Assembly: GCA_002269645.1 (NCBI GenBank)
Contig: NIVC01000716.1
Coordinates: 145,426 to 209,425, forward strand
Direction: 5' to 3'
DNA: 64,000 nt
Source of the DNA: Macrostomum lignano
Lineage: Eukaryota
This document shows, one piece after another, positions 51,746-63,738 of this stretch. Positions within the stretch are counted from its first letter, which is position 1. Every line of letters starts with the position of its first letter. The position numbers and the translations under genes are program-made. Below the pieces are notes generated by a model. It saw only the letters and a list, made by a program, of their open reading frames with translations. It did not search any database and had not been told where the DNA came from.

Positions 51746-51759
51746 CAAAAAAATGCTGG

Positions 51760-53160
51760 GGAGAATTACTAAGACGTCAGGGCTCATAGAAAATAACTGA
51801 GATTACAGAGGGGGTTTCTAAGATGTCAAAGCAAAAGTCAGAAGCTACTTCAAAGTTCATTTACTTTACTCAATTTTTTTATTACATTCTTTGTTGGCTC
51901 GCTATGGGGGGCACTGATAGAAGAAGAGTCATTTAAAAAATAAAATTAGCATTATGTATACATAAAAGAAAAGTCATGTCAAAGCTAAAAGATTCATTTG
52001 GGAATTGCTATGATGTCAAAGCTTAGAGGGATCATTATAGTGCTGTGATTCTTAAAGAAGGAATTACTAAAATGCCAAAGCTTAGGGGAAAAGAATTGCT
52101 AAGATTTCAAGGCTTTAGGTTAGGTTAAAGTTAGGTTTAGGTCAGGTTTGGGTTGAGGGTTATATTTTATTGGGTTTCAAGGTTAATGGGATTTTTTAGA
52201 TTTCAAGGTTTATGGAAGGCATCGCTGACATGTCAAGGCTTACAGGGGGAATAGCTGAGATGTCAAGGTTCATGGGGGTACAAATGAGATTTCAAGGCTA
52301 AAGTCAGAAGCTACATGTAGTTTATTGAAAACTTTTTATTACATTATTTGTTGGCTCCTCAGGGGAGGGATCACTGATAGAAAAGCGTAATTTAAAAAAT
52401 AAATGAAGCTTCATGTCGAAGTTAAGGGATTCATTTGGGAATCCCTACAATTTCGAGGCTTGTAGGGAATTGCTATAATGCTGTAGTAGTGCTATAATGA
52501 CTCTTAGAGAGAATTACTGAAATTTCAATGCTTTAGGGTTAGGTTAGGGTTAGGGTTAGGCTAGGGTTAGTGTTAGGTTGACAGATTTTTTAGATTTCAA
52601 GGCTTATTGGGGGCATTGCTGAGATGTCAAGGGGGGGGGAAGTTGATATGTTAAAGCTTGTAGGGGGGAATTACTGACATGTCAAGGCTTACAATGGACT
52701 TCTGAGGTATATTGCAAAGAGATGCTACATGTAGTTTATTACAAAACTTTTTCTGCATTTTTGGCTCCCCAATGCTAAGATACTAAGCTAAAAAATACTA
52801 CTAGCACTTCACAAACTTATGCAGATGTCAGGCTGTAGGGTTAGTGTTAGGGTTGGTATTAGGGTTTAGGTTTAGGGTTAGGTTCAGGGTTATTGTATTA
52901 AGATTTGGGTTAGGGTTAGGGTTAGGGTAGCTTATAACTTAGCTTATGTAGCTTATTAAAAATGTTTATCATGGAAGTGTCATGCAAAAAATCATGGAAG
53001 CGTCATGCAAAAACTCATGGACAAAATATTAAATTTAGGGTTAAGGTTAGGGTTAGGGTTAGAAGTTTGACAGGAGATTTTTTAAGATTTCAAAGCTACA
53101 TGTAGCTTATTAAAAAAATGTGCATTGCATTTCTTTGGCTCCCCAACAGGGGGCTTAGAT
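51760..53160. repeat. Diverged ~370-470-bp tandem units carrying degenerate (TTAGGG)n tracts
   Basis: Recurrent GCTACATGTAG...TTGGCTCC block at ~51840, ~52310, ~52725, ~53095; TTAGGG-like runs at ~52115, ~52535, ~52845, ~53035. Confidence 0.75.
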
Positions 53161-53883
53161 TGCTAGTTGTATATACTAAACATGTAAACTATATGTCATT
53201 TGAAAGTTCTGTTTGTCTACTTCTCAATGAATATTTAAAGAATGTTGCCGTATCTGAAATATTTAAAAATTTATAGCCATCTAAAGAAGACCACTTTTTC
53301 ACATTTTTTTGTTTTTGCATATGCTTAAAATAGGCTCATTAGACACCCTACTATTAGAATACATTCTGAAAATATATAGATATATATATATATATCAAAG
53401 TTCCAACAAAAGCTGCCAAGGCACTAACCAAGGTATAAGAGCTTTGTCAAAGGATTATAAACAGCCCAAAAGATGTATCTAGGCTAATATATTGACTAGG
53501 GGAATTCCAATGAATGAAAGTTTTCTGCATGCCAAAAAGTGCATATGATATTAAATACTATTTGCTAAAGGCTGTGCCATGGCTATACCAAGTGGCCACA
53601 CATTATGCCAAGTGTCATAATGCCAAATGAATGTCCTATAGTCACATTCTATATCTTGAATAATTTTAAACATCTAAAAATAACTTAGATAGTTGTTATA
53701 TTTATAATTTTTATGCATTGTTTTATATGCTAGTGTGTTTAAATATACTTAAAAGTACAGCAATTTTTGGAAAAAGAAAGCTGTAATCAGATCCTATATT
53801 TAAACAGTTCAACAGAATGGAATTTCCTTATAAATTGATGCAGTTTTCCTTTTGCTTAGCAAGCTGCAAGCCAAAAACTACCC

Positions 53884-55995
53884 ATGCCCAGAGTGCCATT
53901 CAAGTCTGGCAGCAGTCGCAAGCGCCAGCTGAGCCCAGTTGCTGGGCCAAAGGCTGCCAAATCGTGTCGGCTGCAGCTGCAGGACCAGGTTGGCACATTG
54001 GGGTGCGGTGGTCAGCACCGTTGCTTTCTGATCTGAGCCCTCTTGTGGCCTAGGATTCAGCTCTTAGCCACTCAGAACCACCTCTTAGCCCCCTCAAGAT
54101 CACCTCTTAGCCCCTCGGGACCACTTATTAGCCCCCTCAGGACCACTTCTTAGCCCCCCTCAGGACCACCTCTTAGCCCCCCTCAGGACCACCTCTTAGC
54201 CCCCCTCAGGACCACCTCTTAGCCCCTCGGGACCACTTCTTAGCCCCCCTCAGAACCACCTCTTAGCCCCCTCAATATCACCTCTTAGCCCCTCGGGACC
54301 ACTTCTTAGCCCCCCTCAGGACCACCTCTTAGCCCCCCTCAGGACCACCTCTTAGCCCCCCTCAGGACCACCTCTTAGCCCCCCTCAGGACCACCTCTTA
54401 GCCCCCCTCAGGACCACCTTTTAGCCCCTCAGGATCACCTTTTAGCCCCTCAGGATCACCTTTTAGCCCCTCAGGATCACCTCTTAGCCCCCCTCAGGAC
54501 CACCTCTTAGCCCCCCTTAGGACCACCTCTTAGCCCCTCATGACCACCTTTTAGCCCCTCAGGATCACCTCTTAGCCACTTAGGACCACCTTTTAGCCCC
54601 TCAGGATCACCTCTTAGCCCCTCAGGACCACCTCTTAGCTCCTCAGGACCACCTTTTAGCCCCTCAGGACCACCTCTTAGCCCTTCATGACCACCTTTTA
54701 GCCCCTCAGGATCACCTCTTAGCCACTCAGGACCCCTTTTAGCCCCTCAGGATCACCTCTTAGCCACTCAGGATCACCTTTTAGCCCCTCAGGATCACCT
54801 CTTAGCCACTCAGGATCACCTTTTAGCCCCTCAGGATCACCTTTTAGCCCCCCTTAGGACCACCTCTTAGTCCCTGAGCTCCCAGAATTTCATCCCGAGT
54901 CCAACCCCAATGTTGCTCACCCCAGGAGGCGGCCAGAGAGGCGCACTCGCGGGAGCTGCTGTTCAACCAGTACGCCGATGCCGGCGGATGCATCATCAAG
55001 GCTGCCGGCGTGGAGGCGCTGTGCCGAGACCTCGGCCTGGACCCTGCAGACATCCGCCTGCTGCTGCTGGCCTGGCTGTGCTCGGCCGGGGAGATGTGCA
55101 CCTTCACCCGCGATGAATTCCTCCGCGGTTGTCATCGGCTGCCCGCTGCCTGCATCAGCCGCCTGCGGACCGGCCTGGACGACAAGCTCGCCTATATGCG
55201 CTGCCGCAGTCAGCAGAGGGACAAGCCGGACTGCGGAGATGTCAATGCTGACTCCTGCAGTAGGGAGACCGAGTTTAGGGATCTTTACCGGTGAGCAGCT
55301 TGGGCATTGTTCCCGCTTCACTCCTTACTGAATCTGCTCCTCCGCTACCTCAGAATCCTCCCCCCACCGCCTCAGAATCCGCCCTTCCGCTGTCTCAGAA
55401 TCCGCTCCCCGCCGCCTCAGAATCCGCCCCCCCACGCCGCTCAGAATCCGCCCCCACACCGCTCAGAATCCGCCCCCCACGCCGCTTAGAATCCGCCCCC
55501 CACGCCGCTCAGAATCCGCCCCTCCGCTGCCTCTGAATCCGCCCCTCCGCTGCCTCAGAATCCGCCCCTGCGCCGCCCCCAAGAATTGAGAATCCGCCCT
55601 CCGCCGTCTGAGAATCCGCCCTTCCACTGCCTGACCGAAATTCCAGCTGGACATTCGAGTTTGGTCTGGAGCCCGGCCAGCGCACTCTGCCCATCGCCAT
55701 GGCCGTCGACCTCTGGCAGCTGGTGTTCGAGGCGCGGCCAACCGGCCCGCCCGCCATCCTGCCCGCCTGGCTCAGCTGGCTTCGCTCTGGCGGCCACGGC
55801 GTCCGAGCAGTCACTCGCGACACCTGGCGGATGTTCTTGGCCTTCGCCGACGCCTGCGTTGCGGCCGGCGGCGACCTGTCCGCCTATGACCAGAGCGAGG
55901 CCTGGCCGTCCCTCATCGACGACTTCGTGGAGGCCGAAATTCGGCGGCTGGGCCAGCAGCCCCTTGAAGCTGATGACGCCTGCGGTGGCTGGTGA
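53884..55995 (+). CDS. DCUN1D3: DCN1-like neddylation co-E3 (DCUN1D3-like, PONY/cullin-binding domain), 272 aa; exons 53884-53988, 54926-55290, 55647-55995
   Basis: GVEALCRDLGLDPADIRLLLLAW, AGEMCTFTRDEF, FRDLYRWTFEFG, TRDTWRMFLAF, DLSAYDQSEAWPSLIDDFVE; GT-AG introns with matching phases (0, 2). Confidence 0.9.
54062..54870. repeat. 20-22-bp minisatellite (CCCCTCAGGACCACCTCTTAG)n in DCUN1D3 intron 1
   Basis: Direct. Confidence 0.95.
55327..55625. repeat. ~22-bp degenerate minisatellite (CCGCTCAGAATCCGCCCCCCACG)n in DCUN1D3 intron 2
   Basis: Direct. Confidence 0.9.
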
Positions 55996-56275
55996 CCCCC
56001 ATTCACTGTGACTGGTGACCTCGTTCACTGTGACTGGTGACCACTGTGACTGGTGACCCCCGTTCACTGTGACTGGTGACCCCGTTTACTTTGACCGGTG
56101 ACCCCCGTTCACTGTGACTGGTGACCCCGTTCACTTTGACCGGTGACCCCAGTTCACTGTGACTGGTGACCCCGTTCACTTTGACTGGTGATCCCGTTCA
56201 CTTTGACTGGTGACCCCGTTTAATGTGACTGGTGACCCCGTTCACTGTGACTGGTGACCCTGTTTACCGTGACTG
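55988..56275. repeat. 21-22-bp minisatellite (CACTGTGACTGGTGACCCCGTT)n beginning at the DCUN1D3 stop codon
   Basis: Direct; first CTGGTGACCCC overlaps TGG TGA. Confidence 0.92.
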
Positions 56276-56744
56276 GGGTCCTGGTCTCGCTGTTGCCGAA
56301 GCAGTCACTGCCTGCGCACTTTCTAGCACGTAATGCGTCATGATGCTTTCAGATGCCTGCAGAATACTGTACAACTAAGCTCTTACCACTGAGCACCCCG
56401 CGTTCTGCGGCCAAAGCTGTCTCCAAAACAATGAGTTGCTAATCAGCTCCAACTGACTGTTCCTGTTCTCATGCAGCGTGCCATTGGATGTTGTAGATAT
56501 AGGCTGCAGTTTGCATCTAGTCGGTAGGGGACCGGGGTAGCTTTGCTCTTATAGTTTATTACCTTCTGCGTGCTTTTAGTTAATTCTCCTCAGTGCACTC
56601 AAGCAAGTTCGATCGTTAAGCTCAGTAATTATTCAGTTTTCACCAACAGTTCGCAATAATGTAAGCTGTGTTAATACAATATGAGGAATTAAAGCTTTTT
56701 ATCTACTACTACCAGTAGTGTTTTAATGGTCATATTAACTCTGA

Positions 56745-57260
56745 TTAGCAACTGTCACCAAGCCAGAGAAATTTTCCTTAGCAACTGTCACAAAGCCAGA
56801 GAAATCTCCCTTAGCAATTGTCACCAAGCCAGAGATTTCTCCCTTAGCAACTGTCACCAAGCAAAAGAAATCTCCCTTAGCAAATGTCACCAAGCAAAAG
56901 AAATCTCCCTTAGCAAATGTCACCAAGCAAAAGAAATCTCCCTTAGCAAATGTCACCAAGCAAAATAAATCTCCCTTAGCAGCCGTCACCAAGCCAGAGA
57001 ATTCTCCCTTAGCAACTGTCACCAAGCCAGAGAATTCTCCCTTAGCAACTGTCACCAAGCCAGGGAATTCTCCCTTAGCAACTGTCACCAAGCCAGAGAA
57101 TTCTCCCTTAGCAACTGTCACCAAGCCAGAGTATTCTCTCTTAGCAACTGTCACCAAGCCAGAGAATTCTCTCTTAGCAACTGTCACCAAGCCAGGGAAT
57201 TCTCCCTAGCAACTGTTACCAAACCAGGGAATTCTTGCCTAGCAGCAGTCACCAGGCGAA
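56745..57260. repeat. 33-bp minisatellite (AGCAACTGTCACCAAGCCAGAGAATTCTCCCTT)n
   Basis: Direct. Confidence 0.93.
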
Positions 57261-57397
57261 AGAAATTCTCTCTAGAAGGAATTCTCCAATTGCAGCTCAT
57301 CAAGAGCCATCACTAACATTTCAGCGAGCCTCCCCCGCAGCGGACGGCCTCCAACTGATCCCAGTAAAGCCCCCAGTTCCAGTCTCCTTCATCATCG

Positions 57398-58167
57398 ATG
57401 CAGTCGCTAGCCGCGCCGGCGCTGCTGCTGGCGCTGCTGCTTTGCCTGCTGGCCGCGGCGCCGGCCTCCGCCCAATACGAGGACTCGCGCTGCAAGTGCA
57501 TCTGCCCGGTGGACCCCGGCTCCGGCGCCAACGGCACCAGCGGCAACCGGCGCCGCATCTGGATCACCACCGTGCCGTTCGGCGAATGCAACTGCGAGAA
57601 GGTGCTTCGCATTGTGCTGGATTTCTCCTTTGCAGTTCAAATCAGTCACTGGCTACTTACAGTAGCAAAGACAAAAAACAGTTTGAAAAAAGTACTGAGC
57701 TGGAGTTAAACTCACCCGCCCTCCCCTATCGCCCGCAGGTCGTCGACCCGCTGCCCTCCAAGGCCGCCGAGTTTTGCCTGCGCTGCCAGTGCAAAAGCGA
57801 GACCCGCAGCACCGCCATCCAGAAGGTGGTGGTGGTGCTGGTGCTGTGCATCATCATCTCGCTGTGCCTGTACATGCTTTTCCTGTCCATCCTGCACCCG
57901 CTGCTGGTCAAGGCCCGGCTGTACCAGCCGCACGTCAAGCTGGAGGAGCAGCCCGACCAGGCCTCGCTGCACTCTGCCAGCGCTGCCGCCGCCGCTGCCC
58001 CCGCCGGTGGAAGCCGCCCAGCATCGACCGCCAGCTCGGCGGGCTCCCAGACCTCCGCGCAGCAAGTCAGCGTGGTGAACCGGGCCGTCAACCGGCAGGA
58101 GCGGTGGACCCGCGCTGTGGAGGTGCAGCGGGACCGGGTGTACGCCCAGCACTCCATGCTCAACTGA
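57398..58167 (+). CDS. TMEM9: Transmembrane protein 9/9B family (210 aa); exons 57398-57601, 57739-58167
   Basis: Signal peptide, YEDSRCKCIC, CNC, FCLRCQCKSETRST, TM helix, C-terminal QERWTRAVEVQRDRVYAQHSMLN; phase-0 GT-AG intron. Confidence 0.93.
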
Positions 58168-58247
58168 GCTGTCTTCACCGCTGAGACTGAGGCTTCATCA
58201 CAGTTTGCTGTTTTCTGTTTCACTTTAGTGTCATTCTAGCTGTCATT

Positions 58248-59532
58248 GTGTCAGATTCAAGCTGTCAGTGTGTGTCAGACTCAAGCTGTCAGTGTGTCAG
58301 ATTCAAGCTGTCAGTGTGTGTCAGGCTCAAGCTGTCATTGTGTCAAATTCAAGCTGTCAGTGTGTGTATCAGGCTCAAGCTGTCAGTGTGTGTCAGGCTC
58401 AAGCTGTCAGTGTGTGTATCAGGCTCAAGCTGTCAGTGTGTGTCAGGCTCAAGCTGTCAGTGTGTGTATCAGGCTCAAGCTGTCAGTGTGTGTCAGGCTC
58501 AAGCTGTCAGTGTGTGTATCAGGCTCAAGCTGTCAGTGTGTGTCAGGCTCAAGCTGTCATTGTGTCAGGCTCGAGCTGTCAGTGTGTGTCAGGCTCAAGC
58601 TGTCAGTGTGTGTATCAGGCTCAAGCTGTCAGTGTGTGTCAGGCTCAAGCTGTCAGTGTGTGTATCAGGCTCAAGCTGTCAGTGTGTGTCAGGCTCAAGC
58701 TGTCAGTGTGTGTATCAGGCTCAAGCTGTCAGTGTGTGTCAGGCTCAAGCTGTCAGTGTGTATCAGGCTCAAGCTGTCAGTGTGTATCAGGCTCAAGCTG
58801 TCAGTGTGTGTCAGGCTCAAGCTGTCATTGTGTCAGGCTCGAGCTGTCAGTGTGTGTCAGGCTCAAGCTGTCAGTGTGTGTATCAGGCTCAAGCTGTCAG
58901 CGTGTGTCAGACTCAAGCTGTCAGTGTGTGTCAGGCTCAAGCTGTCATTGTGTCAGATTCAAGCTGTCAGTGTGTATCAGGCTCAAGCTGTCAGTGTGTG
59001 TATCAGGCTCAAGCTGTCAGTGTGTATCAGGCTCAAGCTGTCATTGTGTCAGGCTCAAGCTGTCAGTGTGTGTCAGGCTCGAGCTGTCAGTGTGTGTCAG
59101 GCTCAAGCTGTCAGTGTGTGTATCAGGCTCAAGCTGTCAGTGTGTGTCAGGCTCAAGCTGTCAGTGTGTGTCAGGCTCAAGCTGTCATTGTGTCAGGCTC
59201 AAGCTGTCAGTGTGTGTCAGGCTCAAGCTGTCAGTGTGTGTATTAGGCTCAAGCTGTCAGTGTGTGTATCAGGCTCAAGCTGTCAGTGTGTATCAGGCTC
59301 AAGCTGTCAGTGTGTGTCAGGCTCAAGCTGTCAGTGTGTGTATCAGGCTCAAGCTGTCAGTGTGTGTCAGGCTCAAGCTGTCAGTGTGTGTCAGGCTCAA
59401 GCTGTCAGTGTGTGTCAGGCTCAAGCTGTCAGTGTGTGTCAGATTCAAGCTATCAGTGTGTGTCAGGCTCAAGCTGTCAGTGTGTGTCAGGCTCAAGCTG
59501 TCAGCGTGTGTCAGATTCAAGCTGTCAGTGTC
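58248..59532. repeat. 22-26-bp minisatellite (TCAGGCTCAAGCTGTCAG(TG)n)
   Basis: Direct; unit length varies by TG copies. Confidence 0.96.
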
Positions 59533-59786
59533 AGCTCGCAGTAAAAATTATATAATTATTCCTATTTAATAATGATAGGCAGTGATTTTTGCTTTTGTAA
59601 TTAAATTGTAAAAGTCGAAAAAGTTGATTGCCGCAATGAAATAAGAACTTTTGCCCTTTTAACTTTCGATTGTTCGAGCGTCAAACTTTTCAAATTGTAA
59701 TTTTCGGCTCACGTGTATTCGGGCCTCATCACTGCTTGTAAGCAGTCTCGTGCGTACAGTATGCAGTGTGCTTTATTGTGCCTGGC

Positions 59787-60207
59787 ATTGAGTGACTGGC
59801 ATGCCGGTCACACTGGCTGGCTAGAGATTTAGTGACTGGCATGCCGGTCACACTGGCTGGCTAGAGATTGAGTGACTGGCATGCTGGTCACACTGGCTGG
59901 CTAGAGATTGAGTGACTGACATGCTGGTCACACTGGCTGGCTAGAGATTGAGTGCCTGGCATGCTGGTCACACTGGCTGGCTAGAGATTGAGTGACTGGC
60001 ATGCTGGTCACACTGGCTGGCTAGAGATTGAGTGACTGACATGCTGGTCACACCGGCTGGCTAGAGATTGAGTGCCTGACATGCTGGTCACACTGGCTGG
60101 CTAGAGATTGAGTGCCTGGCATGCTGGTCACACTGGCTGGCTACGGATTGAGTGACTGGCATGCCGGTCACACTGGCTGGCTAGAGATTGAGTGACTGGC
60201 ATGCCGG
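59787..60207. repeat. 40-bp minisatellite (GAGTGACTGGCATGCTGGTCACACTGGCTGGCTAGAGATT)n
   Basis: Direct, ~10 units. Confidence 0.95.
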
Positions 60208-61070
60208 TTCAATAAATGCATGCCAGCTGGTAATCCGAGGGCTCTGATTAATTTCTGTTTTGCGCTCTCCATTCCGCGCAGCACGGGTACCACTTTTCCA
60301 TTCCATTCCTGTTACAGAAGCCTGCACGCGATTGAAACTCTAATCAGTGAAATGTTGCATTGATTGCCTTATGTAATGCTGTGTAAATATTAAATAAATT
60401 TACACCCTCCGCTGGGCTTTGCGACCAGGTGATAAACATATTCAGATTTGGTTCGCTTCGAGTAATCGCAGCTTGTCCTGGAGCTTGTCCAGTTTCTGTT
60501 TGATAATTATTTTTAACGCTTCATTTCTCACTTGTAGTGCCCAAGAGTTGTGCCCAAGAGTCGTGGTTTCGATTCACACATTACTTTGACGTTCACACGA
60601 AAGTTGGCCCGGGGTTTTGGCGTGCAAAAATTCGTGAAAGCAACTCGGATTGCTAGCTCGAGCGTTTAGAGAAACTTTGCGTTTTGACTCGACTCGAACC
60701 GGACTTGGAAAACGCGAGTCCAAATTCATTCCTAGAATTAAGGATCTGCAGAGTCCCCAGATAATCTAGTTCTGAACGAATGTCACATTTAAGCTTCATC
60801 AAACTGGCCAAAAGCAAAGAAAAGTGCCAATATCCTGCAAGATCTTGCAAGGAAACTATTTTTGTCAATGAAATTTCATTTCTCCTCAGACTGGCGGCCT
60901 CAAACTATTGCGATCCCCTATAGATCACTCTTCGCACACAGATTATGAGCGTGCATCTCGTCCTCAGTCTATTTTTAGCCCGCAGGCCATAGACGGGGAG
61001 CCGCAGAAGCGCGGGCTGGCAGAGCCGAAATGCCTTTGGCCGCCCCCGCAGACCGGCAGTCCCCGCCAGC

Positions 61071-62849
61071 ATGGCCGGCCGCTTTCTTTCGCCGGCATTT
61101 CTCGCGCCAACCTCGCTGCGGTACCCCCCAAACTCCGCCTGCGCCCCCGTCTGCACCATGCAGTCGCTCTTGTCGGCGACAGACTCGGAGCTGTCCGACA
61201 TCCTGGCCTCCATCAGCAACGAGGACGAGGAGGAAGCGGACTGCGACTTCCACAGCGCCGGCCAGGGCTTTGACAGCGACTTGGCGAATCGCGGCATGCG
61301 GCAGATCCGCCTGCTGTTGGCCAGGACTCTGCGGGTTCGAGTTCGGGACCACCTGCTCAGCGAATTCCTGCGCTCCGCGCTCGCCGACTCCTTAGGCCTT
61401 ACCGAGTCTGGTGGGACCGTTTTGCCTGCGCAGGCCGGCGCCGCCCCCGCCGACCGCAGCACCGAGCGGGACACCATCACTGCGATGGACGCGCAGACTC
61501 CGCCTCATTGCCAGCAGCTGGCCGCCTCATCTCGATGCCGGGCTCTCCTGGCCGAACGGCTGCGTCGAGTCTTCTTTCCTGACAGGTGCGCGCGGCTGCT
61601 CATCGACTCGCTGCTGGCGAAGCAACTCAGGCTGTGCGGAGAGGCGCTCACCTGCCCGATGCTCACCGGGGCTGCCGACAGGGACAGTGAGTTGGACTCG
61701 TCTTCTGGCACTCCGTCTCGCCACCCACCCCATCTGCATGCACCCGGACTCACCCACTCCATCTACAGACACCCGGACTCACACCCACCCCATCTACAGA
61801 CACCCGGACTCTCACCCACTCCATCTACAGACACCCGGACTCTCACCCACCCCATCTACAGACACCCGGACTCTCACCCACCCCATCTACAGACACCCGG
61901 ACTCTCACCCACCCCATCTACAGACACCCGGACTCTCACCCACCCCATCTACAGACACCCGGACTCTCACCCACCCCATCTACAGGCACCCGGACTCTCA
62001 CCCACCCCATCTACAGGCACTCGGACTCTCACCCACCCCATCTACAGACACCCGGACTCTCACCCACTCCATCTACAGACACCCGGACTCTCACCCACTC
62101 CATCTACAGACACCCGGACTCTCACCCACCCCATCTACAGGCACCCGGACTCTCACCCACCCCATCTACAGGCACCCGGACTCTCACCCACCCCATCTAC
62201 AGACACCCGGACTCTCACCCACCCCATCTACAGACACCCGGACTCTCACCCACCCCATCTACAGACACCCGGACTCTCACCCACCCCATCTACAGACACC
62301 CGGACTCTCACCCACCCCATCTACAGACACCCGGACTCTCACCCACCCCATCTACAGACACCCGGACTCTCACCCACCCCATCTACAGGCACCCGGACTC
62401 TCACCCACCCCATCTACAGACACCCGGACTCTCACCCACCCCATCTACAGACACCCGGACTCTCACCCACCCCATCTACAGACACCCGGACTCTCACCCG
62501 TGACATCTGCAGACATCCGCGAACTCTCACCCACCCAGCCACCGCAGACACCCGCCGCAGCGCCAGCAGCACATCTACGCGGAAGCCTTCACCGCCCCGC
62601 CGTCAGCGCCGCCGCCGACGCAGCAGCCGACAGCGCCGTCAGCAGCGCCGGCTGACTCGCCGGCAAAGCCGAAGCTGCTCCGCCTCGACGCCTTCCACGC
62701 TGAAGTCGGTCGAGTTCGCTCTTCAGGTGGACCAGCCGGAACTGCAGCCCGCCGCGGCCGCCGCGGTGGTCCCGGCGCTGAACACAGACGGCAGCAACTC
62801 GTACCGGCAGCAGCCGCAAGCAAAGCAAACGTCCAGGTGCGCATTGTGA
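61071..62849 (+). CDS. Uncharacterised protein; exon 61071 (or 61158)-61686, intron 61687-62547, exon 62548-62836 (or to stop 62849); probably continues downstream
   Basis: High-GC3 non-repetitive ORF parts; perfect donor CA|GTGAGT at 61687; in-phase acceptor ccgcag at 62547; donor AG|GTGCGC at 62837; no family recognised. Confidence 0.6.
   Translation: MAGRFLSPAFLAPTSLRYPPNSACAPVCTMQSLLSATDSELSDILASISNEDEEEADCDFHSAGQGFDSDLANRGMRQIRLLLARTLRVRVRDHLLSEFLRSALADSLGLTESGGTVLPAQAGAAPADRSTERDTITAMDAQTPPHCQQLAASSRCRALLAERLRRVFFPDRCARLLIDSLLAKQLRLCGEALTCPMLTGAADRDSELDSSSGTPSRHPPHLHAPGLTHSIYRHPDSHPPHLQTPGLSPTPSTDTRTLTHPIYRHPDSHPPHLQTPGLSPTPSTDTRTLTHPIYRHPDSHPPHLQAPGLSPTPSTGTRTLTHPIYRHPDSHPLHLQTPGLSPTPSTDTRTLTHPIYRHPDSHPPHLQAPGLSPTPSTDTRTLTHPIYRHPDSHPPHLQTPGLSPTPSTDTRTLTHPIYRHPDSHPPHLQTPGLSPTPSTGTRTLTHPIYRHPDSHPPHLQTPGLSPTPSTDTRTLTRDICRHPRTLTHPATADTRRSASSTSTRKPSPPRRQRRRRRSSRQRRQQRRLTRRQSRSCSASTPSTLKSVEFALQVDQPELQPAAAAAVVPALNTDGSNSYRQQPQAKQTSRCAL
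61722..62540. repeat. 31-bp minisatellite (GACACCCGGACTCTCACCCACCCCATCTACA)n in intron 61687-62547
   Basis: Direct. Confidence 0.96.
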
Positions 62850-62984
62850 ATATTAGCTGAGTGCACACGATCACCTGAGTTTCGCACGTTTCCGTTTATA
62901 CAAGCACGCATTAACCGCGCAATTTCCATCCTTAATTTTTATACCATATGAAAAGCGCCCCTTGAACTTCTTAAGAATCATCTT

Positions 62985-63320
62985 TACGTGGTCCGCAAGC
63001 CTCCAAAGTCTTCAAGAATCGCCTTCAAACTCTTCAAGAATCGCCTCCAGACTCTTCAAGAATCGCCTCCAAACTCTTCAAGAATCGCCTCCAAACTCTT
63101 CAAGAATCGCCTCCAAACTCTTCAAGAATCGCCTCCAAACTCTTCAAGAATCGCCTCCAAACTCTTCAAGAATCGCCTCCAAACTCTTCAAGAATCGCCT
63201 CCAAACTCTTCAAGAATCGCCTCCAAACTCACGAGTGTCGCCTCCAAAGTCTAAGAATCACTCCAAACTCTTCAAGAGTCGCCTCCAAACCCTTGAAGAG
63301 TCGCCCTCAGAAGACTGAAT
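62985..63320. repeat. 22-bp minisatellite (CTCCAAACTCTTCAAGAATCGC)n
   Basis: Direct. Confidence 0.94.
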
Positions 63321-63738
63321 ATGCATCAACAAGCCCTAATGAGCTTATTTTAAGCTCTGGGGTCGATAGCTCTGAGAATTAATTCGCGCGTTCGCCGCCA
63401 GGTCCGCACCATATACTGACTAATGGAACTTACAAATACGTACATATACGTCTTAGTGGGTGTAAATATACTAGTAGCCCTCGCAACCTCTCGAGGCAGG
63501 CAGCCACCGCGAGTGATTTGCAAGGCAAGCTGGGCTCCAGTCCACCTAGCTGCTGCTGTGATGTGATAGAAGCTATAAGCTACCCCCATTGTTTCAACAC
63601 TTTACATGTAACCAGCAGCTTTGCACTTGTACTAGCGGCAGCGGGTCAAGGCACACGTTTGTTTTTATAAATACACCATGAAACTCGTACACATGTATAT
63701 TAAAACTCCTAACCGCCACAACCGCAGCTTCTCTACAG

